DNA from: an uncultured Acidimicrobiales bacterium
Lineage (GTDB): Bacteria; Actinomycetota; Acidimicrobiia; Acidimicrobiales; DATKAS01
DNA length: 64,000 nucleotides
Assembly (NCBI GenBank): GCA_963708175.1
Contig: CAVPSD010000006.1
Coordinates: 640,538-704,537, forward strand
Reading direction: 5' to 3'
Under the pieces are notes generated by a model that made no database searches, was not told where the DNA came from, and saw only the letters and a list, made by a program, of their open reading frames with translations. The position numbers were made by a program, and so were the translations under genes. This document shows, in pieces, positions 59,562 to 64,000 of this stretch. The stretch's first letter is position 1, and each line of letters starts with the position of its first letter.

Positions 59562-60635
59562 TCAGAGGGCGGAGACGGGCTCCTCGCCGTTGGCCTTCAG
59601 CACCTCGTTCAGGATCGCGAGGTCGAAGAGGCCCGTGAGGTCAGGGACCTCTTCGAGCAGCCCGACGTCGTACGCGTCGGCTGCCGACTGCTGCACGGAC
59701 GACGCAACGGGATCGTTCGTGAATGTGAGGTTCCCGAATGCCGGGCCGAGCACACCGTCCGCGATCTTGTTCCCCGTGATCGACTCGATCTGCTCGTTCG
59801 CGATCTGCTCGGCCTCGTCGGGGTTCGCCGAGATGAACGCCTCGGTGGCGATCTGCGCCTCGATGAGCGTCTTCACGACGTCGGGATGTTCGTCGAGGAA
59901 CTTCTTGCTCACGATGAGCTCAGTGGTGGCGAACTTGCCGTCGGGCCAGAGGTCGCGCTCGTCGACGAGCACCTTGCCGCCACCCTCGACGACGAGGCGC
60001 GTCGCCCAGGGTTCGGGCACCCAGGCGCCCTGCACGGTGTCGGCCTTGAACGCCTCGAGGGTCTGGGAGTTCTCCTGCGGATGGATCGACACGTCGCCGC
60101 CGCCGGTCGTGTCCACGCTGAGGCCGTTGTCCTTCAGATACGCGCGCAGCGCGACGTCCTGCGTGTTGCCGAGCGAGGGCGTCGCGAGCACCTTGCCCTT
60201 CAGATCTTCGGGACCCTCGATGTCCGGCTTCACGACCAGCGCCGCGCCACCTGACGTCGCGCCGGCGACGATGCGCAACGCCTCGCCGTTCGACTTCACA
60301 TAGCCGTTGACGGCGGGGTTCGGGCCGATGTACCCGGCGTCGATCGCACCGGCGAACAAGGCCTCGATCTCCTCGGTGCCGGCACCGAAGATCGACGTCT
60401 CCAGCTCCACGTCCGAGCCGAGCGTCTCGGCGAACGTGCCGTTCCCCACGCCGACGAGAGGCGTCGCGTGGGTGATGTTGGCGAAGTACCCGAGGCGGAG
60501 CGTGGTGGCTTCGCCCCCACTGTCGCCGCCGCCCTCGGCTGCGCCCGCTGAGCCCCCGTCGTCCCCACACGCGGCCGTGAGCAGGGCGAACACGAGCAAC
60601 AGCGGCAGCAAGAGGAGCGGTCGGCGGCGGTCCAT
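59562..60635 (-). CDS. ABC transporter substrate-binding lipoprotein (NitT/TauT, aliphatic-sulfonate/nitrate-type family)
   Basis: Trimmed to ATG 60635, with GGAG 9 nt upstream. Lipobox LLTAACG. LRLGYFANITHATPLVG and TPSLGNTQDVALRAYL are typical of the NMT1/SsuA-like family. No permease or ATPase is adjacent. Confidence 0.7.
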   Translation of the reverse strand: MDRRRPLLLLPLLLVFALLTAACGDDGGSAGAAEGGGDSGGEATTLRLGYFANITHATPLVGVGNGTFAETLGSDVELETSIFGAGTEEIEALFAGAIDAGYIGPNPAVNGYVKSNGEALRIVAGATSGGAALVVKPDIEGPEDLKGKVLATPSLGNTQDVALRAYLKDNGLSVDTTGGGDVSIHPQENSQTLEAFKADTVQGAWVPEPWATRLVVEGGGKVLVDERDLWPDGKFATTELIVSKKFLDEHPDVVKTLIEAQIATEAFISANPDEAEQIANEQIESITGNKIADGVLGPAFGNLTFTNDPVASSVQQSAADAYDVGLLEEVPDLTGLFDLAILNEVLKANGEEPVSAL

Positions 60636-60723
60636 GGGTGTAATCTCCATAAAGTTGATCGGATTAGTCAGGTATTTCTACTCCGCGCCGCGCCGCTTCT
60701 GCAAGGGGTCGGTGACGCCCGGC

Positions 60724-62049
60724 CTACCAGCCCGTGACGGGGAGGAGATCGGGAAGGTTGCCGGCGCCGTCGATCGGCATCGCCATCAGGCCGCTGAGCA
60801 CGTCGATGTCGTCGCGCAGCTCGGCTTCTTCGAGCAGCGCCTCCGAACACGCAACGACATCGAGGTCGAGCGTGCTGCGGATCCAGAGCACGCGCCCCTG
60901 CGCCGGCGAGCGCAGACCGATGAGCGGCAGGACGGCGTCGATGATCTCGCCGTCGGTCTCGTAGTCGACCGGGAGCATCGCCGCCGGGACGTCGCCCGCG
61001 GTCAGCGCGTTGAGCCGGGTGACCGCGACGTCCATCTCACGCAGGATGCGGCTGCGGCAGAACTCCGCGAACCCGACACCGACCGCGTTGCCGTGCGTCT
61101 CCTCGGTCAGGTTGCGGGCGGCGATGTACCGCACACGCAGGTCGCGAGCCGGGTCGGCGACGTGCAGCGCATCCTTCCGGCCGACGACCGTCGGGTCGAG
61201 ACCGGTGCCGCTGATGTTCTTCCCGATCTGGTCGATCAGGAGGAGATCGACGTCGGTGAACGGCAGCGTCGCCATCCACCGGTTCGAGTCTGCGAGCAGC
61301 TCGGGCTCCACATCACGCATCGATTCGGCAGAGATCGCCTCGACCCGCGCCGTCTGCTCGTCGCCGCGCTCGATGAGCGCGAGCCCCGCGAGGATGTTCC
61401 CCTTCTCGATGACGACGGGCATCACATCGTCGATGACGTCCATCCACCCGAGCTCGAACATCGCGCGGTGGTACAGCGCGGCACCCTCCAGCTTGCCGAG
61501 GCCGATCGTGGCCATCTTCGCCAGCCCGCTCTCCACCGGCCCCGTGAACATCGTGTGCGTCTTGACCCGGTTGACGACGACGACGTGATCGGCCTCGCTC
61601 GCCGCTCGGCTGTAGAGGATCGGGAACCCGAGCTTCGACTCGGCGAGGGTCACGACGTCCATGCGGGCATCGATCGGGCAGCCGCACGACTCGGGTGTGA
61701 TGCCGAACGACGCGAGCAGCTCGGTCTGTCCTTCGGGCGTCCCGCCGCCGTGGCTCCCCATCGCCGGGACGATGAAGGGCTCGGCACCCAATGTGCGCAT
61801 GTGCTCGACCGTCGCCGCCACGGCGACGGCGATGTTGGCGATGCCTCGGCTTCCTGCGGTGACTGCGACCCGGTCACCCGGCTTCACCCGCGTCCCGAGA
61901 CCGAGCGCGGACAGTGCCTCGTGCACTCTCGCGGCGACGTCGGTGACGATCGGTCCGCGCACCGACTGACGAGCCAGGAAGAACGACGGCAGAACTCGGG
62001 CGATCGCGGGATCGTATCGCCGTAGCCTCGCCGTCGTGCTGAGGGACAC
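60724..62049 (-). CDS. LarA-N-terminal-like (DUF2088-type) domain protein, function unknown
   Basis: 441 aa. KPGDRVAVTAGSRGI, PAMGSHGGG, VNRVKTHT resemble the lactate-racemase N-terminal-domain family as I recall it. The assignment is tentative. GTG start 62049 overlaps the divergent PhyH start by 14 nt, so the true start may be internal. Confidence 0.4.
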   Translation of the reverse strand: MSLSTTARLRRYDPAIARVLPSFFLARQSVRGPIVTDVAARVHEALSALGLGTRVKPGDRVAVTAGSRGIANIAVAVAATVEHMRTLGAEPFIVPAMGSHGGGTPEGQTELLASFGITPESCGCPIDARMDVVTLAESKLGFPILYSRAASEADHVVVVNRVKTHTMFTGPVESGLAKMATIGLGKLEGAALYHRAMFELGWMDVIDDVMPVVIEKGNILAGLALIERGDEQTARVEAISAESMRDVEPELLADSNRWMATLPFTDVDLLLIDQIGKNISGTGLDPTVVGRKDALHVADPARDLRVRYIAARNLTEETHGNAVGVGFAEFCRSRILREMDVAVTRLNALTAGDVPAAMLPVDYETDGEIIDAVLPLIGLRSPAQGRVLWIRSTLDLDVVACSEALLEEAELRDDIDVLSGLMAMPIDGAGNLPDLLPVTGW

Positions 62050-62828
62050 CGACCGCGCGCACTTCGACGAGCGGGGTTACGTTCGCGTGCGCGGTGCCTT
62101 CGGCTCGGACGAGGCCGACGCGATGCGCGATGTCGTGTGGGCCGCGCTCGCCCGCGACGGAATCCTCCGCGCCGACCCCACGTCGTGGACCAACGAGACG
62201 CCGTCCCACCTGCAGTCACTCAAAGGAAGCGATGTGTTCAACGCCATCGGCAGCGATCGCACCCTGCAAGCCATCGACGACGTCGTCGGTGTCGGTCGGT
62301 GGAGCCAGCCGTCGGACTGGGGCGCGTACTTCCTGTTGTTTCCCACCCGGCGACCGTGGTCAGTGCCGTGGAAGGCCTGGCACCTCGACCACGACTACAC
62401 CGGACCGCTCTCCCCTGTCGACGGCCTGAAGGTGCACTCGATGTTCGGTGACGTCGCTCCCCGAGCGGGAGGCATGACGATCGTCGCCGGGTCACACCGC
62501 TTCGTGGCTCTCCACTTCGCTGACCATCCACCGCGCGCCGGGAGCGAAGGCCGCGCAGATCCGCAAGCACCTGATGCAGAGCAACGACTACCTCCGCGAG
62601 CTGGGCACCGATCCCGGTGAGGGCGACGAGAACGCGCGCATCGCTCGCTTCGTCGACTCGGTCGAGGCGGTGAACGGCGTGCCGCTTCAGGTCGTCGAGC
62701 TCACCGCGACCGCAGGCGACGTGATCCTGATCCACCCGTTGGTGCTGCACACACGCCCGACGAACGCGGGCACGCAGCCGAGGTTCCTGCTGAACAAGGA
62801 CCTTTATCTCACTGGCCGGGCTGCATGA
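62036..62828 (+). pseudogene. phytanoyl-CoA dioxygenase (PhyH) family oxygenase, frameshifted (extra base at about 62543)
   Basis: FDERGYVRVRGAF, WHLDHD (H-x-D), GGMTIVAGSH in ORF 62036..62620. AKAAQIRKHLMQSNDYL...VILIHPLVLHTRPTN continues in ORF 62574..62828. The junction is gcc ggg A gcg aag. Confidence 0.7.
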
Positions 62829-63768
62829 TCGAGAGCGGGTTCGCGGTCCCCTCGGCGTAGATGCCCTCGGGGTCGGAGCGCACGAGCTCGTCGAGCCGAT
62901 GAGCGTCGTCCCCGACGAGGATCCGCCACTTGCCCGCTTTCACCGCGTCGAGGATCACCGTCGCGGCCTGGGCAGCGGACACTGGCGCCATTGACTTGAA
63001 GCCCTCCCCCAGCATCTTCATCATCCCGCGGATGTCGTCGTCGCTCATGCCCTGCGTCGGCATGCCGCGCTTGCCCATCTCGACGCGGGCCAAGGCGAGG
63101 TCGTCGGCGGTCATGTCTTCGGGCTCGGGACCGCCCAGGACGCGGCGGCTGTTCGAGACGATGTCGGTTCCGATGTGGCCGGGCATCACGACCGCGACCT
63201 TCACGTGCGGGGCATTCACGCGGAAGTCCTCGATGAGGGCTTCGGAGAAGCCCTTCACCGCGAACTTCGCGGCGGAGTAGGCCGTGTGCGGGTTGCCGGG
63301 GCCGAGCGACGCCCAGAACCCGTTCACGCTGCTCGTGTTGATGAGGTAGCCGTCGTCGCTCGCGACGAGCAGCGGGACGAAGGCGCGGCAGCAGTTGTAG
63401 ACGCCGCTCCAGTCGATCCCGAACACGCGGTCCCACTCTTCGCGCTTGCCCGCAACGAACGAGCCGCCACCGCCGATGCCGGCGTTGTTGAACAGCAGGT
63501 TGATGTGATCGGTGTCGTGCTGTGCCACGACCTCGTCGCGGAAGCGCTCGACCTGCGCCGCGTCGGCGACGTCGCAGAGGTGCGAGGTGACCCGGACGCC
63601 CGGCTTGGCCTCGTTCTCGGCGCGCTTGACCGTCTCGGCCAGGGTGTCTGGGATCACGTCGCACGCGGCGACGGAGCACCCTTGCGTTGCGAGCTGCACG
63701 ACGAGCTCGCTGCCCATGCCCGTGCCGCCGCCGGTGACGACTGCGATCAGACCCTCGAACGACTCCAC
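62809..63768 (-). CDS. short-chain dehydrogenase/reductase (SDR)
   Basis: 319 aa. GTG 63768 with GAGGGGG 5 nt upstream. TGGGTGMG cofactor motif, NNAG, YSAAK. Confidence 0.85.
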   Translation of the reverse strand: MESFEGLIAVVTGGGTGMGSELVVQLATQGCSVAACDVIPDTLAETVKRAENEAKPGVRVTSHLCDVADAAQVERFRDEVVAQHDTDHINLLFNNAGIGGGGSFVAGKREEWDRVFGIDWSGVYNCCRAFVPLLVASDDGYLINTSSVNGFWASLGPGNPHTAYSAAKFAVKGFSEALIEDFRVNAPHVKVAVVMPGHIGTDIVSNSRRVLGGPEPEDMTADDLALARVEMGKRGMPTQGMSDDDIRGMMKMLGEGFKSMAPVSAAQAATVILDAVKAGKWRILVGDDAHRLDELVRSDPEGIYAEGTANPLSIMQPGQ

Positions 63769-63810
63769 GATGACCCCCTCGGCTCGAAGGCCGAACCTTA
63801 CCGAGAGCGA

Positions 63811-63877
63811 TCAGCGGGGGTCGACACTGCCGCGCTCAGCGGCGGTCGACACTGCCGCGCTCAGCGGCGATCGACAA
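63811..63877. repeat. 25-bp tandem repeat (2.6 copies) spanning the stop codon of the upstream minus-strand gene
   Basis: tcagcggGggtcgacactgccgcgc (63811), tcagcggCggtcgacactgccgcgc (63836), tcagcggcgAtcgacaa (63861, partial). Confidence 0.85.
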
Positions 63878-64000
63878 GGAACGGGAATCGCGTCCGGGTG
63901 TCACTCACGACGGACGGGTCGACCTCGGCGACCAACACCCGCTCGCGGTCGTCGCCGACGGCCGCCTCTTCGCCGAAGGGGCCGATGATCGCGCTGTCCC
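63861..64000 (-). CDS. carbon-nitrogen hydrolase (nitrilase superfamily) protein, C-terminal fragment (gene continues beyond the window)
   Basis: The minus-strand translation of 64000..63861 reads DSAIIGPFGEEAAVGDDRERVLVAEVDPSVVSDTRTRFPFLVDRR*, resembling the C-terminus of CN-hydrolase family proteins. Only about 46 codons are visible. Confidence 0.45.
   Translation of the reverse strand, partial: DSAIIGPFGEEAAVGDDRERVLVAEVDPSVVSDTRTRFPFLVDRR

Noticed and set aside
60651-60723. AT-richer 73-bp segment upstream of the SBP gene (taatctccataaagttgatcggattagtcaggtatttctac), considered as an sRNA or operator.
   Set aside because: It is most simply the promoter/RBS region of the SBP gene, with GGAG 9 nt before ATG 60635. 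No convincing palindrome or terminator-like structure was found.
61255-61275. ggttcgagtc motif resembling a tRNA T-arm/loop.
   Set aside because: The flanking bases cannot form the T-stem or an acceptor stem, and the motif lies inside the well-supported LarA-like CDS. I recognised no other tRNA-like sequence in the intergenic gaps.

Overview
Very GC-rich (judged by eye, not computed), gene-dense 64-kb chromosomal segment. The gene repertoire looks Actinomycetota-like: an LPXTG/thioester surface protein, an LLM-type oxidoreductase, a GAAC-N4-GTTC SOS box, and many SnoaL/NTF2 and PhyH paralogs. The exact taxon cannot be determined from the sequence.

I call 65 protein-coding loci, 13 of them disrupted by frameshifts on this sequence. 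I found no rRNA, tRNA, CRISPR array, transposase, integrase or recognisable defence system.

0-45 kb is housekeeping and mixed metabolism. It holds mmsA, dinB with an SOS box on its start codon, a divergent cysS/valS pair, an ECF sigma/anti-sigma pair, and a CbiM-PDGLE-CbiQ-CbiO metal importer. It also holds a GT2+GT39 pair, PiT/DUF47, a thioester-domain LPXTG adhesin, and a secreted lipoprotein that appears to fuse a PHM/DBH-like two-copper monooxygenase fold to an amicyanin-like cupredoxin.

45-64 kb looks like an accessory catabolic island. Its core is a cobalt-type nitrile hydratase operon (beta, alpha, accessory, TetR). This is flanked by two paralogous FAD-oxidoreductase + Rieske-oxygenase modules, a class-III aminotransferase, and a LarA-like/SBP/CDGSH/molybdopterin-oxidoreductase/HxlR operon.

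The most unusual sequence-level signals are:
- A very patchy frameshift load. Four genes carry many indels while interleaved neighbours are intact, and nine isolated single-base indels occur elsewhere.
- A C18 homopolymer next to GACTGACT palindromes in a divergent promoter.
- Twin perfect 57-nt repeats bracketing a GC hairpin between a convergently split pot-type ABC transporter.

I did not find a clearly novel multi-gene system. The best candidates for new biology are listed in the findings with their uncertainty. Long ORFs antisense to the called genes are treated as GC-rich shadow ORFs.
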